In this document: positions 40,571-50,169 of the stretch, one piece after another
Position numbering within the stretch: the first letter of the stretch is position 1
How the letters are laid out: each line of letters begins with the position of its first letter
From: Methanotrichaceae archaeon
GTDB taxonomy: Archaea; Halobacteriota; Methanosarcinia; Methanotrichales; Methanotrichaceae
Reading direction: 5' to 3'
Assembly: GCA_963748825.1 (NCBI GenBank)
Contig: CAVVKN010000009.1
Location: 96,001 to 160,000, forward strand
DNA: 64,000 bases
Program-made: the position numbers and the translations under genes
Notes under the pieces: generated by a model
What the model was told of the DNA's origin: nothing
The model's database searches: none
Seen by the model: the letters and a program-made list of their open reading frames with translations, nothing else

Positions 40571-41020
40571 CTAGCGACGAAACTCCACCAGCTTCAAGAC
40601 ATTTCCAAGCGGGCAGTCCTCGGGAGCCTCGCCCACTATATCCACAATAGTGCATCTTTCGCCATCCTTCAGTCCCGATGGGTGGCACATATCATACATG
40701 CTGCATTCAGGATCATCGCATTTCATGGCTTCAAAGACGATCTTGGAACCAGGAAATGCTTTTCTGGCGTCAAAGGCCGCGATTATGGGGCTCTCCGCCA
40801 CCTCAACCGCCCGCACACCAGCCTCGTGAATTGGGCAATCATGAACCAGCTCCCCACGGGTCCCCAATATCCTATAGCGCCTGCTCGGCTCCAGGTTGAT
40901 GCACGTGTTTCTAAGCTTACAGGTCTCGCATTCCGGTGTGGGGCCCACGAATGTGAACTCCAGGCCAATGCTGGCAAGTTTCGTTCCAATCAGCGTAATT
41001 TGTGTAGATGCCTCGGACAT
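40571..41020 (-). CDS. UPF0179 family protein
   Basis: ITLIG..LA..G.EF, CxxCxxxxxC, CPIHE. Confidence 0.88.
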   Translation of the reverse strand: MSEASTQITLIGTKLASIGLEFTFVGPTPECETCKLRNTCINLEPSRRYRILGTRGELVHDCPIHEAGVRAVEVAESPIIAAFDARKAFPGSKIVFEAMKCDDPECSMYDMCHPSGLKDGERCTIVDIVGEAPEDCPLGNVLKLVEFRR

Positions 41021-41179
41021 AGTTCATTCTCCTTTTTATATTATTATTATTTTCAATTATTTTTTTAATTATTACTGATTTTATATCCAAATATTATATC
41101 CAAATCGTTTTACCAATTTTATTAGTTCATGTTGAGCATATTAATTCATTATTATTTTAGTTAATCTTTTGACATAATT

Positions 41180-42229
41180 TCAGATTATTCCTGTAGCTTC
41201 AGCCGCTTTGGTCGCCGCCATTCTATTCAGGCCTGAATCCAGGATGGTATAGCGTTCCGGTCGAATCTCGTGGGCACTGACCAGAGCAGAGATTACGCTA
41301 TCTGCATCCAAACCCGCTTCTGCCGCAGATGTGGGAGCGCCGACCAATTCCAAAGCCCTTTTTATCATCTTCCAATCCCCGCCATGCAAATACATCATCA
41401 TGATGGTGCCAAGACCGCAAAGCTCGCCATGCAGAGCCCTTCCCGGAGCAATTTTGTTCATGGCATGAGCGAACTTGTGCTCCGAGCCGCTGGCAGGGCG
41501 GGATGATCCGGCTATGCTCATGGCCACTCCGCTGGAGATCAGTGCTTTGATTACTATCCGGGCCGATTCCTCCACGCCCGGCCGAATATCTGGCGCAAGC
41601 TCAACGATCATGCGCGCCGTCATGCCCGAGAGGGCAGCGGCGTATTCACTGTAATCCTCATTTCGCAGGCGATGGGCCAGTTGCCAGTCCAAGATGGCAG
41701 TGTAGTTGGAGATGATGTCGCCGCATCCGGCGGCCAGTAGTCTCGCCGGAGCCTGGGATATTATCTTGCTGTCGGCGATTATGGCCAGAGGAGATTGCGC
41801 TTTAATGGAAGTCGTCTCCCCGTTGACCGTCAAAGACGCCTGAGAGGAGCAGATGCCGTCATGCGAAGCGGCCGTGGGCACAGACAGAAAAGGCACACAA
41901 AGCCCTAGCGATGCGAGCTTGGCAATGTCTATCGATCTGCCGCCACCTGCACCGATAAGAAAGCCTGCTCCATTCTCCCGCGCCAAACGTTCTGCGCGAT
42001 CTACCTCTTCCAACTTGGAGGCGCTGCAAATGAGGGTCTCGGGCTCGTAGCCGCGTTCATCCAAGAGCTCAAAGATGGCCTTTCCCATCACATCCTGGGT
42101 ACGCGGACCAGTGATGATAAGAGCACGCCCTTTGAGGTGCAGACTGGTGCAGATCTCGGATAGCTCCAGTATCACGCCACTACCTACCGCTACGATGCGC
42201 GGGAGTTCCATCCACCTTGATCCGACCAA
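41180..42229 (-). CDS. egsA: sn-glycerol-1-phosphate dehydrogenase
   Basis: GGGRSID.AK, PTAASHDG, SSRPASGSEH, HGE.CG. Confidence 0.96.
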   Translation of the reverse strand: MVGSRWMELPRIVAVGSGVILELSEICTSLHLKGRALIITGPRTQDVMGKAIFELLDERGYEPETLICSASKLEEVDRAERLARENGAGFLIGAGGGRSIDIAKLASLGLCVPFLSVPTAASHDGICSSQASLTVNGETTSIKAQSPLAIIADSKIISQAPARLLAAGCGDIISNYTAILDWQLAHRLRNEDYSEYAAALSGMTARMIVELAPDIRPGVEESARIVIKALISSGVAMSIAGSSRPASGSEHKFAHAMNKIAPGRALHGELCGLGTIMMMYLHGGDWKMIKRALELVGAPTSAAEAGLDADSVISALVSAHEIRPERYTILDSGLNRMAATKAAEATGII

Positions 42230-42292
42230 CCATCTCACCAGCGAAAAAACAGGCTAAGATGTAATGGTCTATGGCGATATAAAATCATATCC

Positions 42293-43051
42293 TTAACAAG
42301 TCAAGATCTCAGAGCGCAGGTCGCTGAGTATGCGATCCCTTATGAGATTGACCTCAGAACTGGTTCTGTTGCGGGGGCGAGGAAGTGGGATCTCAATGAT
42401 ATCCTTAATTCTTCCCGGTCGGGCGGACATAATCACAATGCGATCAGCGAGGTATATGGCCTCGTCAACGCTGTGGGTCACAAAGACCACCGTCTTTCTC
42501 TCCTCCTGCCAGATGCGCAGAAGTTCGGACTGCATGATGTTGCGCGTCTGGGCGTCCAGGGCTCCAAAGGGCTCATCCATGAGCAGAGCCTTGGGGTGGT
42601 TGACCAGAGCGCGAGCGATGGCCACACGTTGCTTCATGCCCCCTGACAGCTCATGCGGATAGCGGGTCTCAAAGCGCTCCAGCTCCACCATCTTCAGATA
42701 CTGCCTGCCCTGGGCAAGACGCTCCTCAGAAGGTATGCCTTTCAATTCCAGACCGAAGACGACGTTATCGATGACCGTTCGCCACGGGAATAGCGAGTAC
42801 TCCTGGAAGACCATACCTCTCTCCGGACCGGGGCCTTTTATGGGATCGCCATCAAGGGTTATGGTGCCTTCAGTCGCCTCCTCGAGACCGGCCACTATGC
42901 GTAGGAGTGTGGTCTTACCGCAGCCAGAGGGGCCGATGAAGCAGATGAACTCATTGTCCTCTATCTCCAGGTTGATATCCTGCAGGGCTACCATCTCTTT
43001 TCCGTCCGCGAAAAATTGCTTGGATACGCCCTTTATCTCCAGCAGAGCCAT
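42293..43051 (-). CDS. ABC transporter ATP-binding protein (TauB/NrtD type), no adjacent permease
   Basis: GPSGCGKT, LSGGMKQR, MDEPFGALD, VTHS. Confidence 0.93.
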   Translation of the reverse strand: MALLEIKGVSKQFFADGKEMVALQDINLEIEDNEFICFIGPSGCGKTTLLRIVAGLEEATEGTITLDGDPIKGPGPERGMVFQEYSLFPWRTVIDNVVFGLELKGIPSEERLAQGRQYLKMVELERFETRYPHELSGGMKQRVAIARALVNHPKALLMDEPFGALDAQTRNIMQSELLRIWQEERKTVVFVTHSVDEAIYLADRIVIMSARPGRIKDIIEIPLPRPRNRTSSEVNLIRDRILSDLRSEILTC

Positions 43052-43201
43052 TCGAAGTGGAATATCATGCCGCGTAGCTATAGATCTTTCCATTGCAGTA
43101 TGCCATTTCTCGGGGGGATCGGGTCTTTCACCTCCTACCTGAAACAAATTCGCAAGATTAACTCTATAAGCTATAATCCGATCTACAAATGGGGCGTTAG
43201 A

Positions 43202-43375
43202 ATGAAGATCAAATCCACATTGTGGCGATTTCGATATGCTGGAATGGATTGTGCCGTGGATATGAGATTTGCGTGGGCTGCATCGGAAAAAGAGGCGAGG
43301 GCCGCGCTCACGAAGAAGTTAAAAGTCAGGAAATTACCTCAAGGAACGGAGCTTTGGCCTGAGGATGATCTTTAA
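43202..43375 (+). CDS. Small basic hypothetical protein (57 aa)
   Basis: MKIKSTLWRFRY...SEKEARAAL...KLPQGTELWP; G-rich RBS; protein-like composition. Confidence 0.6.
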   Translation: MKIKSTLWRFRYAGMDCAVDMRFAWAASEKEARAALTKKLKVRKLPQGTELWPEDDL

Positions 43376-43528
43376 TTGATTATTGGGCTTTGTGCAAGTT
43401 ACACGCAACCGCCCTTTACATCCTTATCATCTAGCATCAAATCTGCCAAAAATCATGTTCGAATCCCGGCTATTTCATCGCTACAGAAATTGAAACTCAA
43501 GAAAATGGGGTGAATGGGAAGAATGCCC

Positions 43529-43621
43529 TTCGCCCAGAAGCGTGTAGGGCCGGTGCAATCTTCCTTGCCACATATGCTAGTTGCACCGGCCTCTATAAAG
43601 CCGCAAGCCGCGCGGGGCGAA
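43529..43621. repeat. Nested GC-rich inverted repeat (REP/MITE-like) between convergent genes
   Basis: TTCGCCC...GGGCGAA outer arms; GGCCGGTGCAA...TTGCACCGGCC inner 11-bp stem. Confidence 0.7.
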
Positions 43622-43643
43622 AGTGTTTTTGGGTATTTTTTTT

Positions 43644-44468
43644 TCAGATTTTCTCCGGCTTTTCCAGCAGCCGGGTCTTCTTCATGATCTCGCCGGTGCG
43701 GGCATGGGGCTTTCGGGAGACGCTGTCATTGGCCTTCTCCAGCTCTCTGGACTCGTCGGCCAGCTTCGCAGCAGCGCGCATGACCTCGTGGCCTGCGGCG
43801 GCGGCGAGAGCTATGGCCTCCAGCTCTTTCAGACGGAAGCAGGCGGCAGCATCGATGCTGGCCACGGCCTGTGCCATGTATAGAGCGCCTACGGCCTTGG
43901 CACGGGCGTAGGGGTTGGAGAAGTTCATGCGCTCTGCGCACTTCTCGGGCGTGGCTAAAATGGCGGGAAGCTTGGCCTGGCCTGCGATGATGCTGGCCAT
44001 GGCACCGTCCAGCTCTTCTTGCACCAACCGGATGGCTCCGCAGGCCGCTAAAACCCGGAGCGCATCGGAGTTGAAGAGGGCCATCTCTGCCGGGTCGAGA
44101 AACTCGCGCTTGGCACCGATGAGTGGGTCCATGGGCAGGATGATGTAGCCAAAGCCTTCTGCAGCCAGTAGGTCGCGCGACTCCTTCTTACTGGGACCGT
44201 CGGAGATGACGATCGTGGGCATACCCTTGAAAAGCTCGCGCGCCGCTGTGGGCCCGGCCGTCGCGGCGTTGGGGCTGCAGATGACTACCAATTGAGGAGA
44301 CCAGGCCAACAGTTCGGCTGCAGCTTCGCCCTCCTTCTTGGTCATCTTGGGGCCGAAGCTGACGATCTTGAATTCGATGTCGGATCTTTCCGCAATCTCA
44401 TCCAGGGAGAGATCAATAGCCGTCGAGGTGGCTATGTTTCCGAGCTTCACAAAACCGATCTTGAACAT
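43644..44468 (-). CDS. mtd: F420-dependent methylene-H4MPT dehydrogenase
   Basis: K.GNI.TS, SPN....GP..ARE, D..IGAKREFLDP.EMA.FN, FSNPYARAKA, AAAGHE, RKPH. Confidence 0.95.
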   Translation of the reverse strand: MFKIGFVKLGNIATSTAIDLSLDEIAERSDIEFKIVSFGPKMTKKEGEAAAELLAWSPQLVVICSPNAATAGPTAARELFKGMPTIVISDGPSKKESRDLLAAEGFGYIILPMDPLIGAKREFLDPAEMALFNSDALRVLAACGAIRLVQEELDGAMASIIAGQAKLPAILATPEKCAERMNFSNPYARAKAVGALYMAQAVASIDAAACFRLKELEAIALAAAAGHEVMRAAAKLADESRELEKANDSVSRKPHARTGEIMKKTRLLEKPEKI

Positions 44469-44908
44469 GCCGCCATAAAAGACCGAGAAAAGATAAAAGG
44501 ATTTTGTTTGCAGTATACTGATCTGGTACGCATTGGCCAGGACAAGTCAGCCTGCGACATTTGTGATCCAAAATCTAGGTTAATGGTCGTCTCCGTTAGT
44601 TCGTCCTCCGTGCGCTTCTAGCGACTCTGTGGTTTTATTCAGTAACCCCCAGGATTTGATCATTCAATACGGATTTTAACCGCAGAGACGCAGAGGTCGA
44701 GAGAGACGTGAATTTTTCCTTATTACCAACACTTGAAATGAACTGCATATTTGCTTCTGATAGCGTGCACATACCGTTCAAAGACGCATTTGGGCATACG
44801 CGAAGACCATGACTATTTTTGTGTCGGGATTACAGTCCCAAAGCACAAAGCAGCCTTCACTTTCGAAACAGCGAGGAACCTAAATAACATCTAGGTCAGG
44901 GAGAATCT

Positions 44909-45985
44909 GTGAGCGACCTGGCCGATTTTACCAAGAATGTCCTGCCATTCCTGTCCCAGCTAGAGGAGGATGAGGCAGGCCCCGATCCATCTGAGATATC
45001 GCAAAGATACGGCATTTCTGAAGAGCGCATCGTTATGCTCAGCCGAAATGAGAATCCCTACGGCCCCAGCCCGTGCCTGCGTGCCGCTTTGAAGGATGTG
45101 CCGCTGCACAGGTATCCTGACTCTCGGCTTTTTGTAAAGGCCCTCTCTGGGTACACGGGCTATCCCGAGGAGTGCCTGGTGACGGGAGCTGGCATGGATG
45201 AGATCATTACTACTATCTGCCGCATCTTCCTGGGAATGGGAGACGCGGCCCTCATTCCCGTGCCCACCTACAATTTCTATGGCCTGGCGGTAGAGCTCTG
45301 CGGGGCTTTGCCCCACTATCAAGCGCGGCTTTCCGGCTTTGCAGTGGACAAAAAAATTCCGGGGGGGATCAAGATGATCTTCCTCTGCTCGCCCAACAAT
45401 CCCACGGGAAATGCCCTTTCGGAAGAAAACGTGCGAGCTGTGGTGGAAGGCACCGAAGCCATTGTCTTTTTGGACGAAGCCTATGCCGAGTTTGCCGGAA
45501 AGAGCCTGCTAAAGTTGGTGAGAGAGTACGATAACCTGGTAGTGGGCCGCACCCTCTCCAAAGCCTTCGGCCTGGCTGGACAACGCCTGGGCTACGGCGT
45601 GGCGCCGCCTTGGATCGCCCAGCAGTACCGGCGTGTTGCACCACTGTTTAGCATAAGCAGCCTCTCTCTGGCGGCAGGTGTGGCCGCACTCCGGGATCTG
45701 GACTGGATGAGAGAGTGCGTAGGTAAAATCGCCTCGGAGCGAGAAAGAATGCGCCAGAGACTGGCCTGCGTTAATCCCTCCCAGGGCAATTTCCTCTATG
45801 TCCATACCGAGGAGAAATCAAAGGTGATTGTAGAGCGGCTACTCCGCCAGGGGATTGTGGTACGGGATTGCAGCTCCTTTCCCGGCTCTGGGGAGCACTG
45901 TCTGCGCGTCACGGTGGGCAGGCCTGAAGAGAACGAGCGCTTCTTAGAGGAATTCGAGAAGGCTGACACGACGTTGTCAAGTTAG
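44909..45985 (+). CDS. hisC: Histidinol-phosphate aminotransferase
   Basis: NENPYGPSP, CSPNNPTG, DEAY.EF, RTLSKAFGLAG.RLGY. Confidence 0.9.
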   Translation: MSDLADFTKNVLPFLSQLEEDEAGPDPSEISQRYGISEERIVMLSRNENPYGPSPCLRAALKDVPLHRYPDSRLFVKALSGYTGYPEECLVTGAGMDEIITTICRIFLGMGDAALIPVPTYNFYGLAVELCGALPHYQARLSGFAVDKKIPGGIKMIFLCSPNNPTGNALSEENVRAVVEGTEAIVFLDEAYAEFAGKSLLKLVREYDNLVVGRTLSKAFGLAGQRLGYGVAPPWIAQQYRRVAPLFSISSLSLAAGVAALRDLDWMRECVGKIASERERMRQRLACVNPSQGNFLYVHTEEKSKVIVERLLRQGIVVRDCSSFPGSGEHCLRVTVGRPEENERFLEEFEKADTTLSS

Positions 45986-46089
45986 AGTTTTTCCCTCATA
46001 ATTCAACATAACTAAGTGAAACGGCGACGCATCCACGCAGCAATTCTGCGGGGTATTGCGTTTAAAAATAAAATAGTTTCCTTTGGCCC

Positions 46090-46743
46090 TCACGGGCAGG
46101 GCAGGGTTAAGAGAGATGCATTGCCACTCTCCAGTGACATCCTCATATTAGTATATCCCGAATAGGCTCCATTCATGACATAGATGGGCACTGCACTGGA
46201 GCCCTTTTGCACCCGAGCTCCCACTCTGGCCGTCCCCTCTACCTCTGAATGGATGCTGTAGACCGAGTTCTGGTCAGTCTGGCTGGCGGATGTATCCTTG
46301 ATCAGTTCCACCAGACCTGAGTAGCTCTCCGAGTAGACCGATCCCACCTCATAGTTTTTAACGCAAAGGGCGTTCTTTAGCTCGCTATTGGTTATCGGTG
46401 CACTGTATCTGGATGGCCTGTTCTGGAATACACCCCATTCGTTCGCCCAGATCTCATTGTAGCCGTCTTCAAAGCCGCCGTAGACCTGAGCATTGATGGA
46501 TCGGGACACAGTTCCGGTGCCTCTCGTTCCCGTGACCATCTTCTGTCCATGAAAACCGGCTTCCGACTGGTAGATACGCATATCGTCTGTGGTTCCCTGG
46601 TTATAGATCCAGGAATGCTCTGTGAGGTTCTGTTCCACGCCGTTTACCGCAGGAACAAGTATGTTAGTGCCGGTAATGATAAAAAATGCCGATATTATCA
46701 TCAATCCGAGCTTTAACGATCCTGGCCACCATCTCATCTGCAC
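46090..46743 (-). CDS. Secreted hypothetical protein
   Basis: N-terminal hydrophobic helix; Ser/Gly/Tyr-rich beta composition; C-terminal LPCP. Confidence 0.75.
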   Translation of the reverse strand: MQMRWWPGSLKLGLMIISAFFIITGTNILVPAVNGVEQNLTEHSWIYNQGTTDDMRIYQSEAGFHGQKMVTGTRGTGTVSRSINAQVYGGFEDGYNEIWANEWGVFQNRPSRYSAPITNSELKNALCVKNYEVGSVYSESYSGLVELIKDTSASQTDQNSVYSIHSEVEGTARVGARVQKGSSAVPIYVMNGAYSGYTNMRMSLESGNASLLTLPCP

Positions 46744-46794
46744 ACCTCAACCTCAAGTAACATCATGGCTGGACATTGAATATAAAACTGATCC

Positions 46795-47670
46795 CTATCG
46801 GCCCCTATTGCGTCCTCTCTGCTTGATATCTCTCAGACGTGCTTCCAGAGATGCCTGCAGATCCAAAGAGAGACCTGCCCCAAAATAGTCCAGGCGGGAG
46901 GCAATTGCCAGCTTTGCCGCCAGGGTCCGGGCCACACGTCCCCGCAGCTTTTTGGCAGATCCTATCACGGCAGGATGGCGGAAGATGATGCCGTGCTTGG
47001 GAGAGGGAGCCTGGCCCTTGAGATGCTTGAAGAGAGACTTCTCCGCACCCATGACCTGCACTCGACTGGAGGGCATCTTCGCCAGACGGGAGAGGCCGCC
47101 CGCCCGGGAGATGAGCCTTGCCGCCAGGATCGGTCCGGCGAGAGCTGAGAGATTGGGGGCCAGAGCCTGCGAAGCGGCGGAGACGTCCGTTTCCGTGGCC
47201 TTGCGGGACTCCCGCAGGCTCAAAATCGCTTTTGCCAGCGTGCCCATATTTTCGTCTTCTTTCAGACCTTCCGCCAGATCCTTTCCATGGACGATCTCCT
47301 GGCTGTGCAGGCGGGACCACTCGTAGAGCCTCTCGTCCAGCAGATTGATCGCCTGAGACAAATTATCCAGGGCCTCCATGGCCTGGAGCAGATCCTGCTC
47401 AACGGTGCTGCCGGCCAGAATGCTCCGTCGCACCAGGCCCAGGGCCGCCTCTCGCAGCAGCCGGTTATATTCTCCGTCGTCAACTGCAAAGCCGCAGGCT
47501 TTGGCCAGGGCGCGCAGATCGGGCTGGGGAAGAGGAAAAGCACTGGCTGGCTCCTGCGGGAGCTGCTGGGGCTTTATCATCCCGTCCGCCTCTTCTGCGC
47601 CAAGCATGGATCCGGTCAGCAAACATCCGGTCTGCAGGTCAACTCTTCCAAACCAGGTTAGGATCTCCAT
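46795..47670 (-). CDS. nop5: C/D box sRNP subunit Nop5 (Nop56/58)
   Basis: ERLYEW, APNL..L.G..LAARLI..AG, Q..GAEK.LF.HL, PKHG.IF. Confidence 0.92.
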   Translation of the reverse strand: MEILTWFGRVDLQTGCLLTGSMLGAEEADGMIKPQQLPQEPASAFPLPQPDLRALAKACGFAVDDGEYNRLLREAALGLVRRSILAGSTVEQDLLQAMEALDNLSQAINLLDERLYEWSRLHSQEIVHGKDLAEGLKEDENMGTLAKAILSLRESRKATETDVSAASQALAPNLSALAGPILAARLISRAGGLSRLAKMPSSRVQVMGAEKSLFKHLKGQAPSPKHGIIFRHPAVIGSAKKLRGRVARTLAAKLAIASRLDYFGAGLSLDLQASLEARLRDIKQRGRNRGR

Positions 47671-47787
47671 TTGCTTATACTCCAGCCCGGTCTGGAATAG
47701 ATTACTTTCGCCCCGCACAGATTTAGTTTAAATACTTCCGGACCCAAGTTACAGTTACCTCTCAACAAAAAAAATTAGGGGGCTGAA

Positions 47788-49023
47788 TTGTCTATGAAAG
47801 AACTGGTTGATCAGATAAAAGCTCGTCTCAGGGATCAGAAGATCGAGGTCTCTGATGAGGATATCGAATCTCGCCTAAAGAAGCTCATAGTGGATTTTCG
47901 CGTGCCTGAAGGCGAGGCAAGAAGATCGGTTTTGAATTACTTCTTCAAAGAGCACGGCATAGTGCCTCAGGTCAGGGCCGGCTCGGAGAAGGTCAAGATC
48001 GCCGAGATCAAGGAGTCCGGCAAATGGGTGGATCTGGAGGTCAAGGTTTTGGATCTCTGGGAGCCGGCTGCACAGACCATCTCTCAGACAGGACTTGTGG
48101 GTGATGCAACCGGGTCCATGAAGTTTGTGAAGTGGACCAAGTCTGAGCTGCCCAATCTGGAGCTTGGACGAAGCTATATCTTAAAAAATGTGGTCACGGA
48201 CGAGTTTCAGAGCAGGTTTTCCGTAAAACTGAATCGCACCAGCCAGATAGAGCCGTTAGATGTCGATGTGGAGGCAAAGCCCGCCAGCAAAGCCGCGCAG
48301 CAAGTGACGGTAGTGGAGATCAATGAGCCTGGCCTATGGGTCGATCTGAAGGTCAAGGTGGCGCAGCTCTGGGAGACGAATAGCGAAGCCATCTCCCAGT
48401 CAGGACTGGTGGGCGATGAGACCGGCACCATCAAATTTGTGAAGTGGGTTAAGGCCGATTTGCCGGATCTGGAGGATGGCAAAAGCTACCTTCTAAAAAA
48501 CCTGGTAACAGACGAGTTTCAGGGCAGGTTTTCCGTAAAACTGAATCGCACCAGCCAGATAGAGCCGTTAGATGTCGATGTGGAGATCGGCTCCATAGCC
48601 GCGGAGTTCTCAGGCGCCCTGGTAGATGTGCAGAAGGGCTCGGGGCTAATCAAGCGCTGCCCTGTTTGCAGGCGCTCTTTGGCAAAAGGTGTTTGCAACG
48701 AGCACGGAAAGGTGGATGGCACATATGATCTGCGCATTAAAGCGGTGCTGGACGACGGCAGCCGGGTGCAGGATGTGCTCATCAACCGGGAGACCACAGA
48801 GAGGCTCGTAAACCTCACTTTAGAGGAGGCAAAGCAGATGGCCATGGAGGCGCTTGATCATGAGGTAGTGCGCTCACTGATTGAGAGCAAGCTGATGGGA
48901 AGATACTATTCCATAACCGGGCCGAGGATTGATCGCTATCTTCTGGTGGAAAGCATTAATGAAATCCCGCCTGTGTCACTGACACAAGTGGACGAGCTAA
49001 TAGCTGCCATGGAGGTGGCATAA
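47788..49023 (+). CDS. Replication protein A large subunit (OB folds plus Zn finger)
   Basis: Two repeated OB folds (Q.GLVGD.TG..KF..W); GSGLIKRCPVC, C.EH, DLRIKAVLDDG. Confidence 0.92.
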   Translation: MSMKELVDQIKARLRDQKIEVSDEDIESRLKKLIVDFRVPEGEARRSVLNYFFKEHGIVPQVRAGSEKVKIAEIKESGKWVDLEVKVLDLWEPAAQTISQTGLVGDATGSMKFVKWTKSELPNLELGRSYILKNVVTDEFQSRFSVKLNRTSQIEPLDVDVEAKPASKAAQQVTVVEINEPGLWVDLKVKVAQLWETNSEAISQSGLVGDETGTIKFVKWVKADLPDLEDGKSYLLKNLVTDEFQGRFSVKLNRTSQIEPLDVDVEIGSIAAEFSGALVDVQKGSGLIKRCPVCRRSLAKGVCNEHGKVDGTYDLRIKAVLDDGSRVQDVLINRETTERLVNLTLEEAKQMAMEALDHEVVRSLIESKLMGRYYSITGPRIDRYLLVESINEIPPVSLTQVDELIAAMEVA

Positions 49024-49025
49024 AA

Positions 49026-49874
49026 ATGGCAGGATTTTCACGTGAAGTGGCAAAGAGGATCTTCGCCGAGGAACTGAAGAGCTCTAACTACTCCTTCCGC
49101 GATGGCGAGGATCAACATCAGTATGCTCCTTCGTATCTTCTCACCCCCACGGGAGCGAAATGCAATCGCGTTTTCGTGGTCGGCACCCTCACGGAGAAGG
49201 ATGACATCGGCGGCGACACGGAGTACTGGCGCGGTCGAGTAGTAGATCCCACGGGCAGCATACTGATCTATGCCGGTCAGTACCAGCCGGAGGCAGCTCA
49301 AATACTGGCCAACATGGAAGCCCCTTCATATGTAGCCGTGGTGGGCAAGCCCAATCTCTACCAGACCGATGACGGAAACATCATCATATCTCTGCGTGCT
49401 GAATCCATCCAGCGGGTGGACGAGAATACGAGAAACCAGTGGATAATAGACACCGCCCGGCGGACCTTGGAGCGACTGGAGGCTCTGAAGAATGCCAGGC
49501 CAGTCCCGGTATCCAGTGATTTCGCCACCGCGGACAATGTGCCTGCTTCCTCTTCCTCGTCCACTCCCGCACAGGACACTGATAGAGCTTTGCAGCATTA
49601 CCACACCGACATCGAGCATTTCCGGCAGATGGTCCTTCGCGCGCTCTCCTCCTTAAAGGCCGACCTGGCCAAGAGCGACATGCCTCCGGAGACAAAAACC
49701 ACGAAGAGCGCGATTGCAGAGAGTGAGAAGAAGCCTGCCACTACGCCAGTAGAGCCGCAAGAGGTGCCTGCTTCCCGAAAAAGCAAGCCCAAGAAGAGCG
49801 AGTCCTTCAACGACTGGCCTGAACCGGAGAACGATGAAGAGGTAGAGACTATTAATTTCGGCAAGAAGAGCTGA
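49026..49874 (+). CDS. RPA-associated OB-fold protein with disordered C-terminus
   Basis: REVAKR.FA.E, PTGA.CNRVF.VG.LTE, DPTG, YAGQYQP. Confidence 0.9.
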   Translation: MAGFSREVAKRIFAEELKSSNYSFRDGEDQHQYAPSYLLTPTGAKCNRVFVVGTLTEKDDIGGDTEYWRGRVVDPTGSILIYAGQYQPEAAQILANMEAPSYVAVVGKPNLYQTDDGNIIISLRAESIQRVDENTRNQWIIDTARRTLERLEALKNARPVPVSSDFATADNVPASSSSSTPAQDTDRALQHYHTDIEHFRQMVLRALSSLKADLAKSDMPPETKTTKSAIAESEKKPATTPVEPQEVPASRKSKPKKSESFNDWPEPENDEEVETINFGKKS

Positions 49875-49888
49875 AAGGTTTTATATAA
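49872..49888 (+). promoter_or_regulatory. BRE-TATA promoter of the lrp-like/top6 genes
   Basis: GAAAGGTTTTATATAA about 35 nt before ATG 49922. Confidence 0.6.
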
Positions 49889-49921
49889 TGTACTGAAGCA
49901 GTATAACATGGGTGAATCAAT

Positions 49922-50152
49922 ATGGTAATTGGAGTAACGATGGTAAAGGTGGTGCCTGGACAGGAAAAGACAGTCTACAATGCCTTACAGGAGATAGACG
50001 GCATTAAGGATGTCTACCATGTCTTCGGCGAGTTCGACTTCGTGGTCATCATCGAGGTTGAGGGCCTGAGCATGTTGAATAAGCTCGTGGACGTCATCCG
50101 TGAGATAGATAACGTAACCGCCACCCAGACAGTAGTCGGGGCTGAACTTTAG
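49922..50152 (+). CDS. Stand-alone Lrp/AsnC ligand-binding domain protein
   Basis: [17 protein letters not shown]; no HTH domain. Confidence 0.88.
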   Translation: MVIGVTMVKVVPGQEKTVYNALQEIDGIKDVYHVFGEFDFVVIIEVEGLSMLNKLVDVIREIDNVTATQTVVGAEL

Positions 50153-50169
50153 CCCTTTTTCCCTTTTTT

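Noticed and set aside
43457-43469. GTTCGAATCCCGG matching the T-arm of tRNA-Arg and tRNA-Gly, a possible att site
   Set aside because: Only 13 bp, no acceptor-stem match, no integrase, and the intervening DNA is core housekeeping
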